Source: Camelus dromedarius (taxonomy: Eukaryota). From it: a DNA stretch of 64,000 nucleotides. The stretch spans positions 69,876,001 to 69,940,000 of the forward strand of contig NC_087437.1 in NCBI RefSeq assembly GCF_036321535.1, written 5' to 3'. A program made the translations under genes and the position numbers. The notes under the pieces were generated by a model. The model was given only the letters and a program-made list of their open reading frames with translations, was not told where the DNA came from and did not search any database. Shown piece by piece: positions 12,635-23,277 of the stretch (positions within the stretch are counted from its first letter, which is position 1; the number at the start of each line of letters is the position of its first letter).

Positions 12635-13980
12635 AATTTAGCAAATAGATTATTCACAGTTAAAATCCATTATTTTATGTGCCAAGCATTGTAGTAGGCA
12701 CTGGAGATAGAAAAGTAATTAAGATTCCACCTTTTCCCTTAAGCAACTCACAATATGGACACCAGTATGCGAAAAAACAAATGCTATATGTATAGTGTAA
12801 CAAGTGATCTAACAGTGATTGTACAGACTATAGCATAGTCACAAAGCAGGTAGAAGAAAACTTATCTCAGGGAGGTCAAGAATAGCCTCAAAGAGCTGAC
12901 TCTTACAGGAGGAAGGGAAATTTTCTAGGCTGAGAGGGATGTGAAATGTGGGCAGAGAGTACAGAGTGAGCAAGGACACCACAGCCTAAAATATTGGCAT
13001 GGTGGTGTAAGCTGAGAGGACAGGTGTTTGAAGATGGTACTGGAAAGACAGGCAAGACTAGATCAAGTCCTCCATGCTGAGGAGTTTGTACATTAGCTTT
13101 CCATTAACAGGGAACCCTAAGAAGATTTTTCACGAAGGAAATGATATGACCAGATTTGTGTTAAGTCAAGATAAGAGCAGGGTTATCTGCAAGAATTGAT
13201 GGTGAGAAAGATGGAGGTGGGGAGTCCTTGCAGGAAGCTATTGTCTTTGCCCAGATGGGAGGTAATGAAAGTCAGAACAAGGTTATTCATGGTGGAGCTG
13301 AAAAAGCAGAGGATGAGTTCAAAATCTTTTTAACTAGAATCAGAGAACTTCACAACTGGATGTGGAGCCTAAAAGAGAAGAATTCTTTTAGGATTACTCT
13401 CAGATTCCTAGGTTTCGGAAGCTGGATAGACAGTTTAACAACAATAAGGGTGGGGATTTGGAGGAAGACCAAATGGTACAAAATGAAAGACACTGAGTTT
13501 GGCTTTGTTCATAACGAGCATGGATGTCTCTGAAATATCTAGACAGAGATATCTACGGATCAGAGCTCAGGAGTGATACCCAGTCTACAGATTTGGAAAT
13601 CACACAGGTGGCTATAACTCTGGACATGGATGAGATCACCCTGGAATTAGTGTGTTCAATGAGAAGAGAAAGAGGTCAAGGTCATTAACCAGGAGATAAT
13701 TGATATTTGGGGAGGTAGAGAGTGAAAGAAGTCAGCAAAGAAGAGAGAAAAGAACCTATCCAAGAGGGAGGAGAAAGAGGAGAGCTGTCATGGGACCAAG
13801 TGAGGAGACAGTTTCAGGAAGAGGGATGGACAACAGTACAAAATACCAAAGAGATATCAAATGAAATGTGAACTGAAGAGTCACTGGATATGGTGTCTTT
13901 TTCAGAATATGTTTCAATGGGAATGGAAGCCTTATTAAAGTAAATGTAATAGTGAACGAGGCATGATAAAGAGGAGGAAT
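12635..13980 (-). mobile_element. L2 LINE remnant
   Basis: tatgtgccaagcattgtagtaggcactggagatag is followed by L2 body motifs (atgaccagatttgtg, ggatgagatcacc). Confidence 0.75.
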
Positions 13981-14119
13981 CAGTTATGAGCAGAAGGAAC
14001 TACTCTCTAACAGAAAAACGCAGCATAGTAGGCACTTAATAATCTTGAAAGACTGGCAATTTCTAAGCCAAGCTTCACATGCAAACCTTGAAACTTTTCT
14101 TACATTTGTACTGATCTTT

Positions 14120-14320
14120 GTTTTCACATACATTTTGTTTGATTCCTTACAAAAACCTTTAAGGTACAGGGTGGGATTTTTGTTTGTTTTCATTTTTTGT
14201 TTTTTAGACTCCATTCTATGGGAGGAAACTGAAGCCCAAGACCATGCAGTTCATTTGAGATCACAGAATCAGTAAGTGGCATAAACAAAGGACTCTCAGC
14301 ACAGTGCTCTTCCCAGCACC
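14120..14320 (-). mobile_element. MIR SINE
   Basis: gaggaaactgaagcccaag...agatcacag..tcagtaagtggca. Confidence 0.65.
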
Positions 14321-16928
14321 ACAAAGAATGTTCTGAAGATCAATGCGATATTGCAGAGGCAACCAGGCCACACTTGAGAAACTCTAAAGGGAGAATTCCT
14401 GCCCACAATCACTTCTTTGACTAACAATAGACACACTTGGTTGCCCAAATGCTTCTATGGAGTTAATAAGGAAGTGATTAGTTACATGCTGTATCTTCTC
14501 TTGAGAAGACCTGAGCGTGTGCATCCTTTGAAATGTCCCTTTACTTTTAGAGGAAGATTTCAGACTTGTCTTACTTTATCAATATGACAAGGAGAAACAT
14601 TTGGTTAATATGCTCTATCATTGCCTCAAAGACACCCTCCTCCCTTTCCTTTCAGAGCCAGGTAAAACTGAAGTATGTAGATTAATAAGCCCCAGGCTTA
14701 ACACTTGACAATTTCACTGTGATGGAGGCAAAGGAGACCCTAAGCCACCCTCCCTCTCAGCGAACAAGAGCGCTGCCCTTTAGCATAAAACATGAAAGGT
14801 TTCTGTAGTTTTGCCATCTCAGCAAGAGAGAAAATTAACCCTATATTTTCTTATCCCAATTACCTTAGCATGGGTGAGGAGGGAGGGGACCTGAGTTACA
14901 GACGGTCAGCATGAGAGAGCAGGGATGATTGCGCACGCACCCTGGCATGGGTTAGAAGGAATTACAGTCACCAGATATTAATGCATTTCTAGATTCATCA
15001 TTAATTTTCTAAGATTCTCTGCAAGTCTAGATAATTTGGCAGGAAAAAAATTGCCCTTTAAATGATATCTTCTGCTTAAATTTGGAAATGTGTGGTAGAA
15101 ATCACCATTTTAAAAAAATGAACAGTTTTAATTATATTAAGAGAGAATGCCTCTATTTAATTAATTCATTTAGTCCCTGGGTGACACTGGGTGTGGCTCA
15201 GTGAAATTTAGGAGGAATCCAGTTTATCAGGAGGACTCCTCTGCACCAAGCAGCAAGGCAGCATCCTTCCACACCTTTCCAACACTGCAAGGGAAAGGCG
15301 CAGTCAGGTTGGAATTCTGAACCACAGATCACTCTCTCTAAGATAAGAATCACTTGTTCCATGAGGAAAGGCAGATGTTGGTGGGGTTGAGGGGTGGAGG
15401 CGAGGGGGTCTTGTTGCTTGCACTGGTATTCTTTACACTTCAATTACAAATTAATCCTTATTTTTAAACAAAAGAAACACCTCACAGTTTTCTTGCTTTG
15501 TGGACACATATCACATCTTGCAAGTTTTTCATCATCTACAAAATGCATGGTAATTAAGCCATTTAAAGTTAGCCCCAAGATATCTGAAAATCATAAGCCA
15601 CTAAAATCTCAGGGATTCTTTTATTTATTCCTCCTTTGACCACTCCTTTACCATCTTTTCCTTTCTACCCCACTCTCACTGCCTTCTTCCCACTATAATA
15701 ATCTATAGTGGTAATTAATGGCTAATAAAGATCATTTATGCTTTCTTCTCAGCCATTGGCAATGTATTACAACTCGGAAATCCAGGATCACATCTTTATG
15801 CAGCTCAAGTGGAAGAGGAAGGAAGTGCAATCCCGCCAGCCCCCTCCCACATTTCTGCTGGATTTCATGGGTGTGGCAGAGTTTAGACCTTTGCAGGTTT
15901 TTGCCCTTGTTTTATTCTCTGTTAAGGACTAGGATGATGCATAGATGGCAGAAGAAAGATAATCACAATCGGATTCTGCCATGAATGATATAGGATCATT
16001 TCACCCACAAGCAAGAAACCTGGGTGAGACCTAAGTACCCAGGCTATATAAATGCCAGTCAGTGTAATGTGAGCCCACGCCCTGAATACACCATTTCCTT
16101 CAGTTTGATTTAACAGCATCCTAAATACTGACTTATGTGAATGACATACAGCAGTGGTCAATAGGGGACTTGAACATTTCAGACAAGTACACGCTTATAA
16201 AATGCATGGGCAAAATAGGAACATTTGTATATATTCAAATTTCTCTCTTGAATATGAATTATGCTAAAACACATGCCGGCATGTGGAAACCATACAGAGC
16301 ACATGCATGACTGTGTATGGGAAGTATGCAGATACTATATACACTTGCATGTGAATTTCTACAACTCCCTAAACACACAATTTCAGCTTCTTCACTTTGC
16401 ACATATCCTAGTGAACACTTGGGGCTGTCAGCGAGAGGACCCAAGTGAAGCCAGCTGTTCCCTTTTGAGGAAGGGAATTTCTTTAGCCTCAGTTCCCTTT
16501 CGAAAAATCATACTTGGCTTCTTTTGTCAAGGAGGGGGGCGTGTGTATACATGTATGTGTATACATAGGGTGGCAAAAAGTTGTAAACCAGCATATTTTT
16601 TCTTTCCAACATTAAAGCTTTATTTAATGAGTAGCACTGACTTCCTTAGGGCTCCGCCCTCCTAAATTTTATTTCCGCAGCTCACCAGGGGAGCAACCTC
16701 AGTACTTTCCTTGAAAGTGTGCTTAGCCCAGCCACCTGTATCTATGGCATTTGTGTATTGGAATGAAGGAAGACAAGGAGAGGAAATTTCTTGGTTTCAA
16801 AAATGAGCCAGTGGAAGCATCAATCTCTAGAACCACAGAGCAGTTTAGGGAACTGGCACATGTAAGGCTCTCATGCTCTTCCCCAAACACCCTTATACAA
16901 ACCACACACAAACCCCTAGTGCCTGTGA

Positions 16929-16983
<55 letters not shown>
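16929..16983. repeat. (CTAT)13 tetranucleotide microsatellite
   Basis: Perfect ctat repeats. Confidence 0.97.
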
Positions 16984-17462
16984 CTTATTTATTTCTGTCA
17001 TGCCTCTCCACCCTCTCCACCCACTGCTCTGAGATTCTGCTTCTGTCTCCCTTCCCCTTCCTCTTCCTTCTCCTTAGTCCTCACTACTCCACTCCCCACC
17101 CTCTCCACCCCAACCCCCATCCCCCTACCAGGGCGCTGGCTAAATGTGCAAAGCTGGCAGCCTGTTTCTTCTCCACTTCCCCCTCCACCCCCTTTGGATT
17201 CAGCGAATGTATTACAAATTGCCCCATATCCAATACCTGCACAGGAATAATGCCCAAATCCTATCTCTTGCACCCCACCCTAAGGCAAGCAATGTGCAAA
17301 GGGCTTTTTTGACCAAGACTGCCTCCCCACCCACGGGAACGCACACACACGCACAAGCACACACTCACCCATATCCCACAGCCATTTTTCTCCTTAACCT
17401 TCGCCAAAATCGCTCAAACGTGTTCCAATCAGTGTTTGAAAGCTTATTTTGGAGAATGCCAC

Positions 17463-17484
17463 GGCGCTGTCCGTTGCTGCAGAA
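17463..17484 (-). promoter_or_regulatory. Candidate RE1/NRSE (REST) site in intron 1
   Basis: Minus strand TTCTGCAGC-AAC-GGACAGCGCC versus consensus TTCAGCACC-NN-GGACAGCGCC: perfect right half, two mismatches in the left half, spacer one base long. Confidence 0.45.
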
Positions 17485-17584
17485 CACGGTACTAGCCATT
17501 CCTCCCCACCCTCACCCCAATCAAGTTTCTAAAATGTCTTTCAAGAAATAAGTGAGGAATTTGAAATGGAAGAAAAACCTGAGC

Positions 17585-17650
17585 CGGGGAGGCCGGGAAG
17601 GCCGGGGAGCCGAGACGGGGGGGGGGGGGGGGTGCAGAGAGGGAGGGGAC
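17585..17650 (+). repeat. G-rich tract with a G16 run
   Basis: gccgggga ggccgggaag gccggggagc, G16 at 17617-17632, then gagggagggg. Confidence 0.9.
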
Positions 17651-18550
17651 TCGGATTCTCGCTCGTATGTGTCCCTCTACCTGATGAAAATGAGTCACTA
17701 TGCTTATTATCCGGAATGTTAGTCCGTCCTTGGTCACTACAATTCCAGGAAAGATGCACAGGAAGGGGAGAAAAGACCTGATTTCCAACAGGTCATACTC
17801 GGCTGGTCTTTGCCATCCCATCGGAGCTCAAAGCTCCTAGGGGCGTGGTCCACCCTCTCTTCAAACCAGCTGGTGCACAATCGGCTACTGGAGCTTGGGA
17901 AGGGGATTTTCCCCTCCTACACGGCCAGTTTCTCCGCTAGCCCCAGTTGTCTTTAGATTCTCTTTTTAAAAACTTCCCAAATCACAGTTTCATTCATTGA
18001 AAAATAAATAATTAAACCTTCACATGTTTTTTTCCATTAATACCTGCGCCGATCTGAAGCTCATGCATGTAGGAAATAAGGCTTCTTCCGCAGCACATGT
18101 GAGAACATAGTACCATAGAACAAGCAATACTCATTACTGGATATTATCCTTTCAACCCCGCTTTTGGCAAATAATATATAAAAAAGGATTGCCTCCCCAT
18201 CTTGTAGGTAGAGCCCACATCTTTCCCCCAACACCCCTCTCTATATCCACACACGCAAAACCAGAGACCTAAAATGCTGAACATTTACTGATAGCCAAAA
18301 AAAATCTTTTTTCTAGCCAAAAAGGCGTATTTTTTTCTAACCTCATCTTAATTAGCAGTAGCATTCCAAAACCAGAGCGTGGAAAAAGAGAATAAAAGCT
18401 GGGATGCAAGCATCAGTTACCATATGCTAAGGAAACGCGAGCACCATGGCCAGAGAAGAAGCAGTTAAAACATTTTTTTTCTGCCTTTACAGGGAAATAT
18501 TGCACTCTGGTCATTTCACAACAGCAAGAAGTAAAAATCTTTAAGTCTAC

Positions 18551-18580
18551 CTGTTTGGTTCTTCTCATACAGCACAGCAT
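18551..18580 (-). CDS. GAP43: GAP43 (neuromodulin/B-50) first coding exon, MLCCMRRTKQ; partial CDS, remaining exons outside the window
   Basis: The minus strand reads caaccATG CTG TGC TGT ATG AGA AGA ACC AAA CAG|GTAGAC. This is the known GAP43 N-terminal decapeptide (palmitoylated Cys3/Cys4), ending at a phase-0 GT donor as in the known 10-codon exon 1. Confidence 0.98.
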
Positions 18581-18980
18581 GGTTGTATCGTCCCTTGCCT
18601 TCTTCCTGCCTTCTCTCCTTTCCTCCTCTCTCTTTCTTATTCCCCCCCTCTCCACCTCTTTTCTGCTCGCTTGCTCACTCGCTCTCTCGCGCTAGCGCGC
18701 TCTCTCTCTCCCTCCCTCTCTCTCTCTCCCTCACACACACCAGGGCAGTTAGCAGCAACTGTAAGGTCCACAGCTATAGCTCGCCGCACATGCTCTCTCC
18801 CTCTCTCTCTCCTCTCCCCTCTCTTCACCTTTTTTCTACCCACCCCCACCCCCACCCACTCTCTGCCTATCTCTCTTTTCCTTCCCTGTCTCTAGGTCCC
18901 TTTCTCAGAATTGTTCCCTAGCTTTCAATGACTAATCACTTCCCCCAGCCCCCACCCCCTTTCGAGACAGTCACCCCCTC
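18581..18980 (-). other. GAP43: GAP43 5' UTR/leader (short P2 leaders to ~18760, long P1 leader to ~18980)
   Basis: The purine-rich leader GAGAGAGAGCGCGCTAGCGCGAGAGAGCGAGTGAGCAAGCGAGCAGAAAAGAGG...GGCAAGGGACGATACAACC-ATG matches my recollection of the mammalian GAP43 5' UTR. TSS positions are inferred, not visible. Confidence 0.8.
18740..18800 (-). promoter_or_regulatory. GAP43: GAP43 proximal (P2) promoter with two E-boxes
   Basis: E-boxes CAACTG (18756-18761) and CACATG (18787-18792) lie between GA tracts, with no TATA. This fits the described proximal GAP43 promoter. Confidence 0.65.
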
Positions 18981-19030
18981 CCCATCCCCTGCCAGCCTCA
19001 TGAATATTTAAACACCTCCAATCTGGACCC
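18925..19030 (-). promoter_or_regulatory. GAP43: GAP43 distal (P1) core promoter
   Basis: CCAAT box (19018-19022), TATA-like TTTAAATATT on the minus strand (19003-19012), G-rich tracts and AP-1-like TGACTAA (18929-18935), in the arrangement recalled for the rodent P1 promoter. Confidence 0.75.
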
Positions 19031-19641
19031 AATTACCCACCGACTTTCCCACTGCATTGAGAGAGGGTGGTGGGGTGGGCGCAGAGAAGGATATTCCAGC
19101 CATTCTGGAGATTGCAGGGAGTATGTTTTAGAGAAGAGGGGCTTGAGGAATGCTTCTATTTCTTTATTAACTCTTTTCCCAATATCACAAAAGCAAAGAG
19201 TATCTATTCTGACTGAGTAGTCAGAACTATATAATATGTTATATCTGCTATTTAGATTTTATGCACAGTTAATAATTGTGGGGGTTAATTTCTCTCAAAA
19301 AATGAAATAACATGTGAATGTCATACCCTGTATATACACTGTGCTCAGTATTCAGTTAACCTAAAATAAATACATATATGTAAACTTAGATGTGCACAAC
19401 ATATCTCATATATGCTCCAATATCCTCGAAAAATCTATGCAGATATATTGCATTTTAAACAGTCTAAGCACTCAAGTTCAGAAATAATGATGTTTAGGAA
19501 TTAGCATCTGTATCTAAAATCACATGGTAGTTTTTTTGTTTCTTATTGCACATATACCTGTTTGAAAATTGGAGTTTCTTCTAATTTTACTGAAAAAGCT
19601 AAGCACATTTGAACAGTAAATCATGTAATATGAATGGTGCC

Positions 19642-20410
19642 TGTCGACTAAAATAAAAACGTACAAAGTGAGAGCTCTGAGTTTCAATTTTACCTGGGGA
19701 CTCACTGAGGACTATAGCCTGGGAGATAGCCTCTCAGATCTGAGGAACTGCTCAGAAGAGGCAAGGGGGAGGTCAACATATATGTGATTTTGGTGAAGGG
19801 GTTGCAATCAAGCACACATCTTGGAAAAAGGTTACTGCTCATCATGAGGAACAGATATCTTAGTTAATGGTTTTAGTGCTTTTCTTTTTTTTTTTTAATT
19901 GAAGTATACTGAGTTTACAATTTTGTGTCAATTTCTGGTGTATAGAATGTTTCAGTCATACATACACATACATATATTCATTTTCATATTCTTTTCATTA
20001 CAGGTTACTACAAGATATTGAATATAGTTCTCTGTGCTATACAGTATAAACTTGTTGTTTATCTATTTTATATGTAGTAGTTAGTATCTGTAAATCTCAA
20101 ACTCCCAATTTATTCCTCCAACCCCTTTTCCCTCCTGGTAACCATAAGTTTGTTTTCTATGTCTGTGAGTCTGTTTCTGTTTTGTAGTGCTTTTATAAGT
20201 ATGGGAAGATGCAAAAATCTATGTTCTTAAAAATTTTCCCCTGAAAATATCTATCTGAAGGCCTGTTCTGCCACTTTTCCCAGAGGACAGAGTGTCTCCT
20301 TCCTAGTCTCCACCCGACCCCTTTCAGGGTGTGTTGAAGATCAGCAACAGCACTGGCTAATGACATAATCCTTATAGGGCCAGGTGGCGAGGGACATTCT
20401 TTAGCTGGCA
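19642..20410 (-). mobile_element. ERV1 solo LTR, MER41-like, interrupted by an L1 fragment
   Basis: Termini TGTCGACTAA...TTAGCTGGCA (imperfect inverted repeat) and a 4-bp TSD TGCC (19638-19641, 20411-20414). The internal sequence resembles recalled artiodactyl MER41-like LTRs. Confidence 0.8.
19884..20184 (-). mobile_element. 5'-truncated young L1 3' UTR nested in the LTR
   Basis: A poly-T head is followed by aattgaagtata...ggtaaccataagtttgttttctatgtctgtgagtctgtttctg. 10-bp TSD TAGTGCTTTT (19874-19883, 20185-20194). Confidence 0.9.
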
Positions 20411-20584
20411 TGCCCAAAATGATATTTTACAGTTTGGGCAAGAAGAATAAAAGTAAACTCATCTGTTATCAGAAGAAAAAATATATCATGAAGCTTTACT
20501 TCTTCAATTCTGTCTGTGGTTCTTCATAATTTGGATGGAGGAAAATATGACTTAAAAAGAGTATATACAACATAATTTTTCCAT

Positions 20585-20745
20585 ATACAGTGCTGTGTGA
20601 TCTTGGGGATGTTAGTGAACCTCTCTGCACCTAGTTTTCTAAGCTGTAAAATAGAGATGACAATATCAACCTTGCCAACATGCTGTGAGGACTGAACAAT
20701 ATAATGTATGCAAAGCACAATGAAGTCATTCTCCATACATAGCAG
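20585..20745 (+). mobile_element. MIR SINE
   Basis: gctgtgtgatcttgggg..gttagtgaacctctctgcacctagttttct..ctgtaaaatagagat. Confidence 0.8.
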
Positions 20746-22071
20746 CTTTACCTTAGATAGCGTACTCTTCTGAAATTTTGGTGATATTTTCAGGTAAGTA
20801 TCTCAAATAACTCTTCAAACCCTTTCTTATTGTTCATTGTGACGACAAGCATCCCCAATTAAACAGCTCATGGTCTTTCTAGTCCCCTCTTGATATGAGC
20901 CCAGTTAATACATGTCAACAAGACAGCTTATTATCATACGTATTATCAGGATCACTGAGCTTAATAGGTACTCAATACATTTTGACAAAATCCCAGGTAC
21001 ACTCACCTCAGAGTGCACTATCTCAGAGAGATACTCAGTAGGTAACAGTTATAAATTATCACAGAGGTCTTCCTAAGCATGACCTGCTTCAGAGCCAGTC
21101 TTACTTGGTCTTTTATTCCTCTCAGTTTGCTTCTTAGTTTTCATACTCAAAGATTAAAAAAAAATTAAGTTCTGAGTTTAATTTTTTTTTTTTTAATGTT
21201 ACAACAAGCTCAGTCAGAGCCAAGCTTTCAACAACAGCCATCTATGTGTGTCAGTGATAGAAGAGGGCAAAGAATAGGTAAGAAGCAACCTTGTCAGAGC
21301 CGTTCCTGTTGTGGATTAGGATTGCCCTACCTGCCTGAGGGGGCTGGAAAGAAAGGGAGGAAGTGGGTGAGGTGGTATTGGGGGAAAGGGAGGAAAAACA
21401 GATTCATACATAAGATCATTTTGTCAACTATGTGGTCCAACTTAAGGAACACAGTTGGCTGTGGAAAGAGGCCAACTCCTTTCCCTTTCAATGTACTCCC
21501 CTTAGCCCTCCCATTTATATCTTCTTCACCCTTTTATTTATCAGAGAGAAACTTGAAAACAACGTGGCATAATTAAATCAGAGTCTAGAGCTCCAAACCA
21601 GGCGTAGGCCTGGATGAACTCTGTGACTTAACATGTTAAACCACCTGTGTTAGCATCCATTTCCTCAGCAGTTTACATACATTATTTCACCCAATACTCA
21701 AAATGAGGTAGGTGCAATCAGTAATCCCATTTTAAGGGGGATACTAACGTTACGAAAATTAAATACCTAGACTAGGATACAGAGCTAAGAGGAGGTAAAG
21801 CCACAACTCTGAAACCCTGTTAACCACTAAAGTACACTCAGTGGGCTTCTATACCTCATCACTTCTGGAGATTAGACTCCGTAGTGTAAGTTTTGTGTTG
21901 AAATGAAAGCCACGATCTGAAAGGTCCACCTATTAGGCCCAGCATTTACCTCAAGAGCCTTGAAGAACACGCTGATACTTTAATCCAATAGAGAGCCCTC
22001 TGTATGTTTCTGACCAAACATCACCTATTTCAACCAGCTTCAGGTGCCTCAGTGTTTAGAGTCCTCACCAC

Positions 22072-22168
22072 TTTTTTTTTTTTTTTTTTAAGTGGAGGTA
22101 CTAGGGATTGAACCCAGGACCTTGTGCATGCTAAGCACTCATTCTACCACTGAGCTATACCCTCCCCC
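22072..22168 (-). mobile_element. tRNA-derived camelid SINE (Vic-1-like)
   Basis: The reverse complement reads ggggagggtatagctcagtggtagaatgagtgcttagcatgcacaaggtcctgggttcaatccctagtacctcc plus poly-A. TSD-like agtcctcacca / agttctcacca. Confidence 0.92.
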
Positions 22169-22847
22169 TAGTTCTCACCATTTTGGATGTCTCCCTCTGG
22201 ACATACTGCAGTCTGTCAATGAGCCTTTAAAAACTACTTCCCAGAAGGGAGCTCAAGATTCCAAATTTAATTTAAATAACATGAAATAAATTCCAATGCA
22301 TGATTTTTCCTCTAAGCAATGGAGGTTATAGGAATGCAAAGGAATGAGGAAGAGAAAAGTAGACACTGATGTGATCTTGGCAAAAAAGAAAATACATTTA
22401 TAAAATAAAAATAAATAAAATAACCAGTACTGTCCTGATCCCCAGCCAACTCTTCAGTGGATCCACTTATACCTAATCCCAGAAGATGCCTAAATTTAAG
22501 TTCTTAAATAATTTTAGTTTAGAAGTTACCTGTTGGTCTGTAACAGGTAACTTCCTGACCACAGGTTAGGCAACAACATCATTCTAGAAGAAGGTGAAGA
22601 GTGGTGAGGGCCAGGTCCTAGTTCTAGCCTCAGATCTCTTTGAATTTTATACTAAAATGACCCTGTTTGTTATAATAAACCCAGAAGTTACTAGGCCTTA
22701 TGAATGGCTCTGTCAGATAGTCTGCCACTTTATGACCGGTCTTGAGAGAAGGGTGTCATTGAATCACGTACAGACTATGTTCACCTTTTCTCTCCCCCTT
22801 GAAGGAGTTTCTTTTCTTTTAACTTTTAGTCTTAGCCTTTTACCTGC

Positions 22848-23277
22848 TCTATTAGTGTTCAGTGCCACAACAAAATACCACAGACCAGGTGGCTTGAACA
22901 ACACAAATTTATTTTCTCACAGGTCTAGAGGCCAGAAGACCAAGATCAAGGTGATGGCAGGGTTGGCTTCCCCTGAGGGCCTTAAGGGGAGGGCCTATTC
23001 CAGGCCTCTCTCCTTGGCTTGCAGAGGGCTGCCCTCTCACTGCCTCTTCACAAAGTGGTCCCGCTGTACACGTGCACCCTGGTGTCTCTCTGTATCCAAA
23101 TTTCCTCTTATTAAAGGACATCAGCCCAGCTGGATTAGAAGCCCCCACCATATGAAACTATTTAACCTTAATTACTTCTTTAGTGGCCCGATCTTCAAAT
23201 ACAGTCACATTCTGAGGTACCTGGGGTTAGGGCTTCCACATGTGGCTTTTGAGGAGACACAATTCAGCCCCTGACAT
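22848..23277 (-). mobile_element. MaLR solo LTR (MLT1A/B-like)
   Basis: acaacaaaataccacagaccaggtggcttgaacaacacaaatttattttctcacag...aatacagtcacattctgaggtac...gacacaattcagccc. Confidence 0.88.

Larger units (their letters stand above)
1..18550 (-). other. GAP43: GAP43 intron 1 (partial)
   Basis: Starts at the GT donor at 18550. No exon-2 sequence (VEKND.../IQ motif) is recognisable in the ORF track down to position 1. Confidence 0.85.

Noticed and set aside
16045..16052. Plus-strand TATATAAA as an antisense promoter
   Set aside because: The motif is common in AT-rich DNA and has no supporting elements.
18413..18655. 80-aa ORF as a complete gene
   Set aside because: Only MLCCMRRTKQ is real coding sequence. 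The rest is 5' UTR (non-ATG start) and intron read-through.
22092..22168. tRNA gene
   Set aside because: The box A/B head is followed by poly-A and flanked by TSDs, so it is a tRNA-derived SINE. The same applies to 1560-1719.
22594..23274. Longest track ORF (226 aa)
   Set aside because: It lies mostly within an MLT1 LTR, has a non-ATG start and shows no recognisable domain, so it is a chance frame.
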